In this document: piece by piece, positions 52,318 through 61,634 of the stretch | Layout: each line of letters begins with the position of its first letter | Position numbering within the stretch: the first letter of the stretch is position 1 | From: Prorocentrum cordatum | Lineage: Eukaryota | Direction: 5' to 3' | DNA: 64,000 nucleotides | NCBI GenBank assembly: GCA_963575745.1 | Contig: CAUYUJ010000281.1 | Location: 248,001 to 312,000 of the forward strand | Program-made: the position numbers and the translations under genes | Notes under the pieces: model-generated | Told to the model about the DNA's origin: nothing | The model's database searches: none | Seen by the model: only the letters and a program-made list of their open reading frames with translations

Positions 52318-54000
52318 TCACTCCAATGCAACAAAATATGTTGCAATCGTTTGGTTACCTACTTGCAACGCCTGCGATCGTTTTGTACAGCTGAACATCA
52401 GACGACGAATTTCCTGCATGAGGTCTTCCCCTCTGTAACACCACAACCGCCGCGGCGATGACTCGAGTAGACAGCAATGCAACAGAAAATGCGCATCAGA
52501 AACGCATGGCAGGTGTTTGCAATGTATTCCCTCACGTCCCGTGGCACGCAGAACGACGTCGTATCTACGGAGTCGATTTTCTCATCTAAGAGAACATTCA
52601 GATGCAGCAGCAACCTGATCTTTGAATATACACCCGCTCGGTTGCCAGCGCGTTTATCCCATACTTTCAAAAGTACTGGGCCCAGACACTTGATTTCCGC
52701 AGCCTTGCCCCTCAAATCGCCTTTGGCTTTGAGGCTAAGCATTGGCAATTTCAGAATGCTGAACCTGGTCTTCACCTTATCAGATGTGTACAGCTCGAAA
52801 ACTTCGCCTTGCAATTTCTCCAAATTTTCCTCGGGCGATCCGCTCATCACGTAGTGGGCCAACGCGTGCAGCGCTGATCCGAGGAGCCTCTTGTCTAACC
52901 CTAAGTGTTTCACGTGCGTCCAGTCTGAAGCGACTGTCAATATGGATACGCCTGGTAGCTGAAACAAAGGGTTGCACGCATCCATTCCTAGAGCTCTCCA
53001 CTGGGCCTCTGTGAAGACATCCTGGACCCACGCTGACTTCGGTCTAAAGCCGCACCACGGCATTGTACTGTCATTACACGGGCACCACGCGCAAGGCTTT
53101 GATAACGCATTGCAGTTTGGCAAACCAATACATTTCCACAAGTAATCCATATCGCCGACCAAACCCCATAGGCAAGCAAAGTGGCCACCAGCCAGATCGC
53201 CACGCTGTGACCATGGCGGCGTAGCCACACCATTTTCATCAATATCTGGCCATGTGCCTTCCCACGACGCTTCCAACGACCATTTCATTTTCTGGAAAAT
53301 TGTGTCAACGTCTTGACAGCATTTGAAGACGCCTGAAGGCCAGCTCAATAGGTCCGGTGGCCACTAACGATGGCCACGACCAGATACCGGACAATTTCCC
53401 CCATGAGTTCCCTAATCCTGCCACAGGAGTTCCGTCACCGTGAATTGATATAGGAACAGCAAGCCGTTCATGATGTCTGCGAAAACGAATCGCATGATTC
53501 CGATAGTGTTTCGATCTTTGATGGCAGCCCAAAGCTTACGCAGACATGCGATGGAAGGGGCACACAATTTGTTCCCATGCTTTTGGGTTCTCGTTGCACA
53601 TCTCGGCGAATAAAACATGCGACCACAAACCGTCCAGATCCTTGCAATGAAATCCAACTCTGCCTGCTTTCAGGGTCGCTTTGAACGGTGAGGGCTTGAG
53701 TGCAGACACAGGCGAGAACTTGTTCATAAGTTGTGAATGCATGTGTTGCGGGTTTCGCCCATGTGTTCCGAGCCCAGACAAACACCGAACATCGGCAACA
53801 TCCAGCGTGCCTTGCGCGCAGGCCTCCAGGTCCTGCCGAGCAAGCGTCGCAATGATCTGGACCTGCCGAGGCGACATGCGCCCCCACGCCCATTCCTTCA
53901 CCAGGAAACTCGCCGCGGCACTTTGCACGAGCGCCGCGGCCGCGGCTTGCTGAGCCCTCGCCCTTCGCTGGCGGCAGCCGCCGCGGCGCCCGAGGTTCTC
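52318..54000 (-). pseudogene. CMC/CACTA(Plavaka)-like DDE transposase, frameshifted
   Basis: Across frames: ISIHGDG (D), GLVGDMD (D), PCAWCPC, DWTHVKHLG (DxxHxxxLG), HFLLH...PRRLWCYRGEDLM (H..LH...W..E), stop at 52318. Breaks near 53535, 53345 and 52500; 5' boundary approximate. Confidence 0.7.
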
Positions 54001-54750
54001 CGCTACTCGACGCCGAGTGCTGCGGACTTGTTGCTTGAGTGGGCGCAAGGAGCCACAGCGCACGCGAGAAATCGAATCCAGCGCCGGGGGAGGAGTAACG
54101 TCACATTAGAAAGCCACGCGCCAATGTCCACCGTGCTTCCCTGATGACACTAGGCACTCCCGGCGCACCTTCAAGTCGCTCTCAAGACACTCTCAGGACA
54201 CTCTCAAGACCGCTCGCTCTCAAAACTCTGAAGACACAAAACAAAAAGGGATGAGAGGAGGAGGGGGGGAGGGGAGGGGGGGAAGGAAGAGGAAGACGAG
54301 TAGGCCGCAAGGGGGGCGCATAGCACGGAAAAGGAATGCCTTGTTTTACTCTCAACCGCGCCGTGCCAGATGTCTCAGCAACGCAGATCAGCTCGGCGCG
54401 CGGACGTAGAACAGAGCAGGAGTGGCATCGGAATATGTTCTGGATTTGAGTTTGTTTTAGTTGTTTGTTTTGGAGGGGTCCTGATGGTTAATATCAGATC
54501 TGGCCGGATGAAACCAAACGGGGGTCTGCCTGTAGCCTGGGTCAAATTCAGGCCCGAATAACACGCAAAATACGTTGCCGAGGATCATTGCCCCTCGGCA
54601 GCGTGATTCCTTTGTGTTTGTGGGGTGAAAGCAACCCTGGCCCCTCCGAAAAAGGCTCTCCTTCTCCTCCTCCTCCTTCTCCTCCTCCTCCTCTTCCTCC
54701 TCCTCGTCGCCCTCCTCCCCCCCCCCCCTCTTCCTTGTGTAGAAGCACGG

Positions 54751-55872
54751 TCACTTCGCGAACTTCTTGGCGAGACCCATCGCCTTCTTCAGCGCCTCGC
54801 AGTCCATCGCGCGCGCCTTGAGGGCCTCCTGCGCGGCAGAAACCATCAGCTTCGAGCTGTCCGCCGCTGTCCTGAAGCGAAACATCTTCGACGGCGTATT
54901 CTTGTCCGCTGAGCAGGACTCGAGCGCGACCTCCAGCTCGTCTTTGATCGACGCCGCGGCGCATGGAACTCCATGCTGCATCATTTTGTCGAACATCTTC
55001 TCACCGTCTGCGAGGAGCTTCTCGAGGATGCAGATGGCCTGGGACAGTTTGTCGATCGCCTTGTCGGGCGCCTCATATGAGACGGCGACATGGCGCTGCT
55101 CCTTCTTCGACAGATGGAACTTTTTAGCCTGCTCTGGAGTGACGTCCTTTCCGACTATCAGCTTGCCCTTGTCCTTCGCGTCCTGGCGCGCGCCAGTCTT
55201 GATGGTGCGGATCGCGCAGTAAACGACGCCGTCAACTGTCCACTCCTGGACCCCCCCTGCCTCGATGGCTCGATCGAGACCCGCTTCTCCATCTCTGAAC
55301 TTCTCGACCATGACAGACCGTGGAATTCCTGCCGAAGAGTCTTCTCCGAACTTGGTCTTGACCTGGTCGATCTCCTTCGTGTACCAAGGGCTGTCCAGCT
55401 TCAGGACAAGCTTGCCGTTCTCCTTGTTGAAGAGGTTGTTGACAATCTCTGTCTCCCTGGCGCGCTTCCCAGAAGCGTGCGAAGACGCGTCGCCCCACAT
55501 CTTCTGAACCTGCGGTGGCAACTGGCCCTTGAGCTGAAGAAACTTCCTCATCTTGGGCTGCGACCTTGCCTCGTTGGGATCGGATCCTGCAGCCGCCGCG
55601 GGCCTCTTCGCGGGCGCCGCCGCCGCCGGCTTCCTCATGGGCGCCGCAGCGGGCCTCCTCATGGCCCCCAGCTGCATCCGAGGAGCGCGAGCAGCAGGCC
55701 TCATTTTAAGTGGACGTCCGGCCTCGTCATCGACCTCTGGTTCCTCGTTGCCGGCCCCCTCCTCCCCTGGGCCCTTCTGCGGAGCTTCCACGTCGGACCC
55801 CTGAAGACCTTCTTGCCTGATGTGGCCGCAGAGAGACTGCATCTCATCGAACTTGCTTAGTTTCTTTGCCAT
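54751..55872 (-). CDS. intact 373-aa uncharacterised transposon accessory protein with (K/R)RPAA repeats and helical C-terminus
   Basis: Uninterrupted ORF with GC-biased third positions and normal complexity; MRPAA/RRPAA/RKPAA/KRPAA motifs. Confidence 0.75.
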   Translation of the reverse strand: MAKKLSKFDEMQSLCGHIRQEGLQGSDVEAPQKGPGEEGAGNEEPEVDDEAGRPLKMRPAARAPRMQLGAMRRPAAAPMRKPAAAAPAKRPAAAAGSDPNEARSQPKMRKFLQLKGQLPPQVQKMWGDASSHASGKRARETEIVNNLFNKENGKLVLKLDSPWYTKEIDQVKTKFGEDSSAGIPRSVMVEKFRDGEAGLDRAIEAGGVQEWTVDGVVYCAIRTIKTGARQDAKDKGKLIVGKDVTPEQAKKFHLSKKEQRHVAVSYEAPDKAIDKLSQAICILEKLLADGEKMFDKMMQHGVPCAAASIKDELEVALESCSADKNTPSKMFRFRTAADSSKLMVSAAQEALKARAMDCEALKKAMGLAKKFAK

Positions 55873-55960
55873 CTGTCTTCCTTGGAAGACCTGCTCACAC
55901 AAAGAGTTCGTAACACTGCAAGAGGAATGTCGACTCCGCACCAGCAAAGAGACTACGCAG

Positions 55961-55980
55961 CTGGGCCAAATGTGGCACGG
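55961..55980 (-). other. spliced-leader-like motif upstream of the KRPAA ORF
   Basis: CCGTGCCACATTTGGCCCAG vs CCGTAGCCATTTTGGCTCAAG; ~90 nt before the ATG. Confidence 0.5.
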
Positions 55981-56084
55981 CGACGAAATTCACTGCCCTC
56001 GAGTAGTCTACGCTGCTCCCCTACTGTCCCTCTCTCCTCTCCTCATCCCTGCTCCCCTCTCACCTTGCAGCACCACCCCGCGCG

Positions 56085-56290
56085 ATCTAGTTTCGATCTA
56101 GTTTAGATCGAAACTAGATGTTCGAATGATCTAGTTCTCATCTAGTTCTGAGCGAATTTCAATCTAGTTGTCACTGTGCATTGCGAGGGGCCGTTCGTTT
56201 TACCAAATTAGATCAAACTTGGAGCGGTGCTGGACCTCAGCTGGACCGACTGAAAATCTAGTTTCGATCTAGACTAGATCGAAACTAGAT
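56085..56290. promoter_or_regulatory. two near-identical perfect hairpins (ATCTAGTTTCGATCTA arms)
   Basis: 56085-56119: 16-bp stem, 3-nt loop. 56256-56290: 17-bp stem, 1-nt loop. Regulatory role is inference. Confidence 0.45.
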
Positions 56291-57364
56291 CGTTCGAAAA
56301 CCTACCTTCGAATGAGATCACCAACAAAAATGATAGGACGATGCTGGTTCCCACGTTCGCGCTCACCTCACCCCGCGCACGAGTGATAGGTAGCCCCGGA
56401 CAAATATAACATTTGTGGCTGATCGCCGACGGCTGAAAGCTGGCAGGGCGCCTGCAAGTCCCAACGCGCGGCCTGCTGCAAGGGAGATTGTTCATGTGCC
56501 TAACCATCGTTGATGATAGTATCTACGACAGGCTTTGGGCTGCTGCTGCTGCTGCTAACTGCTTTTGTGTCGGGTGGCACTGCAGAGCGAAAGCGGTTGC
56601 CCTTCTTGAGTTTGGGAGGCCATCTCCCTGTCGGGCATTTCTTTCCCAGCGCGCGCCTTGCAGGTCGAAGTGGTTTCCTCGGGGTGTCGTTGCAGTTCGC
56701 GCCAAGTGGATCCAGGTTCGGGTCGTAGCTACAAATGCTGGGCGCCGCGAACAGATCCCCAAGTTTCTGAGTCACAGGCCCCCTCGGAATCATAATGCCC
56801 ATCCAAGGTGCGAAGCCCATGCCACTCTGCGAGCGCGCCGATTGGTCCACCATTGATCTTCAAACTACCCGTCTGATGAATTGGAAGGATCCGCGACAAC
56901 AAATTTGGCGGGAGACTCGGCCTCGAAAGACACTGCAACGGAAAACCACATGAGCGTTTCTGAAGGATGGTTCCAGGGATGTTCCAGGAGTGGTCGACAT
57001 GGATCTTTGAGGAATGTTCCAGGGAGTGGTGGGGCGGAAAACCACCCAAAGATGATCAGGCGAATTTCTAGACACTTCCTACGGAGATTCGTTTTGTTTT
57101 TTTCTGGCTGAGGCCCCTTGGGGGCTCGTCGTCAAGTCGACTCCCTCCTACCACCACCGCGATCACCAGCCACGAATCCTCAAAAACCACGACGGTATTT
57201 CACGGCACTTTTTCGCCCCAAAAGCGTTCCTTGACATGCCGGCCATTTTTTGGCCGATCCAGACACCTCGCACTCTCAAGACGCCCCTCTCTCTCAAGAC
57301 ATCACTCTCTCAAGACGTCGCTCTCTCAAGACAGGCAACGGAGGGGGAGAATAACTTTTTTAAA

Positions 57365-57982
57365 TCAAATTTCCTCGAACGACTCCGCGATCGACGCGCG
57401 GATGGAGGCAATGGGCGCCTCACCCTGCGCAGGCGCATCTTCTGGCCTTGGCGGACAGCTTGCAGGCGAAGAACTGCCCGCAGCTTGCGGACTCTGCCCG
57501 CAGCTTGCAGACGAAAAACTGCCCTGCGCCGCACTCTGCCCACAGCTTGCAGACGAAGAACTGGCCCTTGTCGGCGGCGCCCCCTGCTGGCCTTGGCCGG
57601 CGGCGCACCCTGGCCTGGCCTTTGTCGGCGGCGCACCCTGCTGGCCTTCGTCGGTGGGTGGCGTCTTGCGCTTCGTGAGCGGCTGCATCTTCGCGAAGTT
57701 CATCGGCAGCGGGCGCGGCCCGACAGCGGGCGGGGCGATGCCGCTTCGCGCAACGCATTCTGCAGCAGCCTCCACGGTGTCGAACGTGATGAACGCCACA
57801 ACCGTTTTGCTCTGTGCCTGCGCACCGCGTCGGACGATGTAGATGTCCTGAACGCCCCGGACGCCGACATCCTGCGACTGCGCCGCCAGAAGGGCCTTCG
57901 CGCAAGAGAAAGGCAGCTGGCCCACGAACGCCTTCTTCCTGTCGCTAGGACATGAAAGCGGAGGCGCGCGCGCCTGGGCCAT
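57365..57982 (-). CDS. single-RRM RNA-binding protein (205 aa) with repetitive C-tail
   Basis: KAFVGQLP (RNP2), VQDIYIVR, VAFITFDTVEAAAECV (RNP1 and helix), PLPMNFAK (last strand). Confidence 0.8.
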   Translation of the reverse strand: MAQARAPPLSCPSDRKKAFVGQLPFSCAKALLAAQSQDVGVRGVQDIYIVRRGAQAQSKTVVAFITFDTVEAAAECVARSGIAPPAVGPRPLPMNFAKMQPLTKRKTPPTDEGQQGAPPTKARPGCAAGQGQQGAPPTRASSSSASCGQSAAQGSFSSASCGQSPQAAGSSSPASCPPRPEDAPAQGEAPIASIRASIAESFEEI

Positions 57983-58011
57983 CGCCGCGCACTGGTATCG
58001 CGGCGAAACCG

Positions 58012-58034
58012 CCCGAGCCAAAATGGCTGCACGG
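58012..58034 (-). other. spliced-leader-like motif ~30 nt upstream of the RRM ATG
   Basis: CCGTGCAGCCATTTTGGCTCGGG; a 14-nt exact match AGCCATTTTGGCTC plus the leading CCGT. Confidence 0.85.
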
Positions 58035-58340
58035 CACTGAGGGATGAGAACACCATTCTGACTGGAAGCGAAAGGGGGGCATGGGGGGCGAAACGTGTCA
58101 GGGGTCGTGAACCATGTCAGGCAAGTCCCAGTCCAGTTTCGATCTAAACTGAATCTGCCTACCATCAAGTTCTGATCCAGTTTAGATCAAACTCAAACGC
58201 TGCAAAATCAAATCGTGATCTAGTTTAGATTCAATCTCAATCAAACGTCGATCGTTTGGATCTTGGGGTCCTCTTGGGATTCTGAAGTTTTTTGTTTTAC
58301 CCTAGAAGGATTTACGTATTTCTGATGTCTTTGTTGTTTA

Positions 58341-58419
<79 letters not shown>

Positions 58420-58915
58420 TTCTCTGGATATGCCGCTGGGGTCCTCTGAAGCGATGGCGTTTTGTGGCTTCTCGAGTGGCTTGTGCATTTAGTACGCTTT
58501 GAGGTGTCAGAGCTAAGGCTTTGCCGTTCTGCGCTCAACTTTGCATTGGCTTTTGAACCTACATCCATTCCAACGGCAACCCGTTGTTCTCTCAAGACGT
58601 TGCTCTCTGCTGGCAGGGGGGGAAAGGAGAGAGGTAGGACAGAGGGGCGTTTTTCTGTGAAGACTCCTCCCTCTCTCAAGACAAAGCCTGGAGGTGGGGC
58701 GAGATGATAATGATGTTGCTGACTATGTTGGTGGAGATGGTGATGTGTATGATGATGAACGTGATAGCATTTCGCACAGCTGAAGATGCGATGCCCGAGG
58801 GATGCTGTAAACTGCGGTGCTAGCTACCCACATAGCTTAATACATAAACAAAGTTTCACGAGCATTGAACCCATGCGCAGATGCACTGTGCCGAAGAGAT
58901 TTGTGTGGCAGCCGT

Positions 58916-59431
58916 CTACGAGCCGCGCTTCTCCTTGCACGTGGAGCAATGGCCCTTCCAGCGGCATTTGGAGCACCCCCATCCGTTGTCACGGTACTGC
59001 TGGCAGAGCGCACCGGTCTCTGGCTTCCAATAATTGTTCTTGCTGTTGCCGCAGGGCGTGGGCTCGCCCTCGTCACCTGCGGAGCCCGCGTCGGCGAGGG
59101 GTGCCACGGGCTGGCTGGCGACTGGCGCCGCCTCGAGGGGCAGAGGAGCTGACTCTGGCTGATCTCTGCCGATCGCTGCGGCATGGGGTTTGGCCTTCGC
59201 CTTCGCCTTGCCTTTTGCCTTGGCTATGCCCCTGCCCTGGTTGCCCTTGCTCGCACCCTTGCTCTTCTTTCCCTTGCCCTTGCCGCCACCACCCTTGCCT
59301 TTACCTTTGGCCTTCTTGGCCTTCATCGGCTTCATGATGCGAAGTGGCTTTGTAGAAGGATCCTTGCTACCCTCCATGACTACAGAGAACATGTCCCCGT
59401 CGAGGTCAGTGACACCTCGCGGCCGCTTCAC
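58916..59431 (-). CDS. small Lys/Gly/Ala-rich basic protein with C-terminal CxxC-x5-CxxC motif
   Basis: MKPMKAKKAKGKGKG...KAKGKAKAKAK; GCSKCRWKGHCSTC. First in-frame ATG at 59392; an out-of-frame ATG at 59460 may be the original start. Confidence 0.65.
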   Translation of the reverse strand: MKRPRGVTDLDGDMFSVVMEGSKDPSTKPLRIMKPMKAKKAKGKGKGGGGKGKGKKSKGASKGNQGRGIAKAKGKAKAKAKPHAAAIGRDQPESAPLPLEAAPVASQPVAPLADAGSAGDEGEPTPCGNSKNNYWKPETGALCQQYRDNGWGCSKCRWKGHCSTCKEKRGS

Positions 59432-59476
59432 CTGCGAGGATCCCGGCGAACGGAAGTCATACTTCCGAACAAACTA

Positions 59477-59506
59477 CCTGAACCATACAAAAACTCAATG
59501 GCTACG
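59477..59506 (-). other. split spliced-leader-like motif upstream of the basic-protein ORF
   Basis: CGTAGCCATT (10-nt exact SL 5' part) + gagtttttgta + TGGTTCAGG (SL 3' part TGGCTCAAG-like). Confidence 0.55.
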
Positions 59507-59814
59507 TTGTGACGGAACGTCGGTCCCGTGCTGGGCGCGATGCTGGGAACACGTCAGCCATTCAATAAAAATCCCAGTCATTGGGTTTCACTGATACATG
59601 CTAAATTGCGCGAGCAAAAAAAGAACAACGACTATGACCACAATCCAGGGTGGAACACCGCAACGCAACACACTGTAACGCAACGCGATGCAATATCTTA
59701 CGTTGTGTGATGTATGACGCGTGAGTTGTGTTGTTACAGCTGTATACAATATGATGAAAGTTCGGTCCACCTTTTGCGTTCGTTTCCAGCGTTTCCGTGG
59801 CACTTGTTGCTGTA

Positions 59815-60020
59815 GTTGGTTAGGTGTCATGTTATCGGTTAGGTTACCTGTTAGGTTATATGTTAGGTTATTTGTTAGGTTATATGTTAGGTTATGTGTT
59901 AGGTCATTTGTTAGGTAATGTGCGAGATTATTTGTTAGGTCCATTAGGTTATTTGTTAGGTAAATTAAGTTATTTGTTAGGTTGAGAGAAAAGTTCGCCG
60001 TTAGGTTGTTTCTTAGGTTC
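59815..60020 (+). repeat. right subterminal 12-bp repeats (GTTAGGTTATTT)
   Basis: gttaggttatatgttaggttatttgttaggttatatgttaggttatgtgttagg... Confidence 0.85.
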
Positions 60021-60165
60021 CGGATCAATTGAATATTCAATTGATCCGGCCTATTCGACAAAAACTACCGAATTTGACAATGTTTGTCGATCGTTCTTTT
60101 TTTGTCGAACGGTGGCTTAAGGGCTCCCCCTCCTCCTCCTCCTCCTCCTCCTCCTCCTCCTCCTC

Positions 60166-60197
<32 letters not shown>

Positions 60198-60564
60198 TCC
60201 CCCTCCTCCTCCTCCTCCTCCTCCTCCTCCTCCTCCCTCCTCCCCCTCCTCCCCCCCCCCCGCCTTTCCGCGGCGGCGGAGGCGGCCGCGCGCGGCGCAC
60301 TCTGCTTCTTCCACGCTTGCTGCTCTTCAGTGGGCGTCCTGAGAACCCCACATGCGCACCGCACGGGAGTCGTTGGACGGTCTTCGGCAATCTCGCGCTC
60401 TGGAGGCAATCTCGCGCTCTCGGGTTTACTTCCCGACGACAGCAGGAGTGCCAGCAGGGACGTGTGGGGAGAAGGAGAGAGGTGCAGGAGGAGGGGGGGA
60501 GGAGGAGGAGGAGGAGGAGGAGGGGGAGGAGGAGGAGGAGGAGGAGGAGAAGGAGGAGGGGGGC

Positions 60565-61350
60565 GAGAGCTTAGCGGGCCCTGGAAACGACAGGGCTTTT
60601 TACCGGTTCCGTTTTGCCGTTTTTGTTACCGGTTCCGACGCCGTTGTTTTACCGGTTCCGTCGCCGTTGTTTGACCGGATCCGGCTCCGTTTCCAATCCC
60701 GGAGCCGTTTTTTTGGCCGTTTCCGGTCGACGTTTTTTTGCCGTTTCCATTTTCAATGGACATTTTTCTGGAAACGTTGAAAAAACGGCCCTGCCGTTTC
60801 CGGGGCCCACAAAGCTCTGGAGGCCCCCTTCGGGACCTCGCGAGGCGGCCTTCTACGGGAGGCTGGTTTACTCCCTGGTGGCTTTCCTGAGCTTCGCTCC
60901 TCCTCATCCTTTTTCCTCGACCTCATCCTCACCCATTGAACCAGCAATCTCGCGCTCTGGAGCTTAGTGGGCCCTGGAAGCGACAGGGCCGTTTTTTTAC
61001 CGGCTCCATTCTGCCGCTTTTGTTACCGTTCCGACGCCGTTGTTTCACCGGTTTCGTCGCCGTTGTTTTACTGGTTCCGGCTCCGGTTCCAATCCTGGAG
61101 CCGTTTTTTGGCCGTTTCCGGTCGCCGTTGTTTTGCCGTTCCCATTTTCAATGGACATGTTTCTGGAAACGTTGAAAAAACGGCCCTGCCGTTTCAGGGG
61201 CCCACAAAGCTCTGGAGGCCCCCTTCGGGACCTCGCGAGGCCGTCTTCTACAGGAGGCTGGTTTACTCCCCAGTGGCTCTTCTGAGCGTCGCTCCTCCTC
61301 ATCCTGGCTCCTCGACCTCATCCACTTCCAACGACACGCCCTCACCCCTT
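60565..61350. repeat. tandem duplication of a ~395-bp unit (MITE with AGAGCTT..GGGCCC TIR plus ~140 bp flank)
   Basis: 60566-60958 and 60959-61350 are colinear; TIR agagcttagcgggccctggaaacgacagggc / gccctgccgtttccggggcccacaaagctct. Confidence 0.85.
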
Positions 61351-61438
61351 GAACCAGCAAGGACGCCTGAGACCTCCGCCGCAACAAAAAACCGAGCACG
61401 TCTCAAAATCCCTCAGAAGCCCTCTCGAAGCCCTGGAA

Positions 61439-61634
61439 TCAAGTCGGGCCTGTCCTCTACAAGGGGATTTTCGACGACAAATAATAAATACACCAAAAAT
61501 AATTAAAAAATAATCCAAAAACAGCCTGGGGACTATTGTTGGAATATTTGTTAACCTTTTTGGGGTACTTTTGGAATACTTTTTTTTTTATTTGTCGTCG
61601 AAAATCCCCTTCTAGGGGGACATGCCCGACTTAA
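61439..61634. mobile_element. TTAAGTCGGGC hAT-type MITE, 8-bp TSD CCCTGGAA
   Basis: CCCTGGAA at 61431-61438 and 61635-61642; ~40-bp TIR. Confidence 0.85.

Larger units (their letters stand above)
51791..60123 (-). mobile_element. 8.3-kb TIR DNA transposon, CACTA/Mirage (CMC)-like, with multi-gene cargo
   Basis: TIR CCCT(C/T)AAGCCACCGTTCGACAAAAAAA at 51791-51817 and 60097-60123 (1 mismatch) with further patchy similarity; subterminal repeats at both ends; (CCT)n on both flanks with a possible CT 2-bp TSD; internal transposase. Confidence 0.85.

Noticed and set aside
56500..56853. Fifth cargo ORF (117 aa, minus strand)
   Set aside because: Short, no motif, no SL-like leader found; cannot be supported.
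57273..57331. CTCAAG repeats as tandem SL relics
   Set aside because: They lack the CCATTTTGG part and lie antisense to the ORFs.
58012..58034. Functional SL RNA gene
   Set aside because: The 3' end deviates from CAAG, it lacks the following GT donor and SL intron, and it runs into an ORF; treated as a relic or mimic.
58916..59431. DVNP or histone H1 identity
   Set aside because: Only the lysine-rich composition is similar; no recognisable DVNP core or H1 globular domain.
59815..60020. Telomeric TTAGG-like repeats
   Set aside because: The period is 12 bp, the repeats are internal and next to TIRs, and they do not match the TTTAGGG dinoflagellate telomere.
51794..60120. piggyBac/Kolobok assignment from TTAA at the element ends
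   Set aside because: Inverted symmetry extends beyond TTAA to CCC/GGG, and the transposase motifs fit CMC. In the small MITEs an 8-bp TSD lies outside the TTAA.
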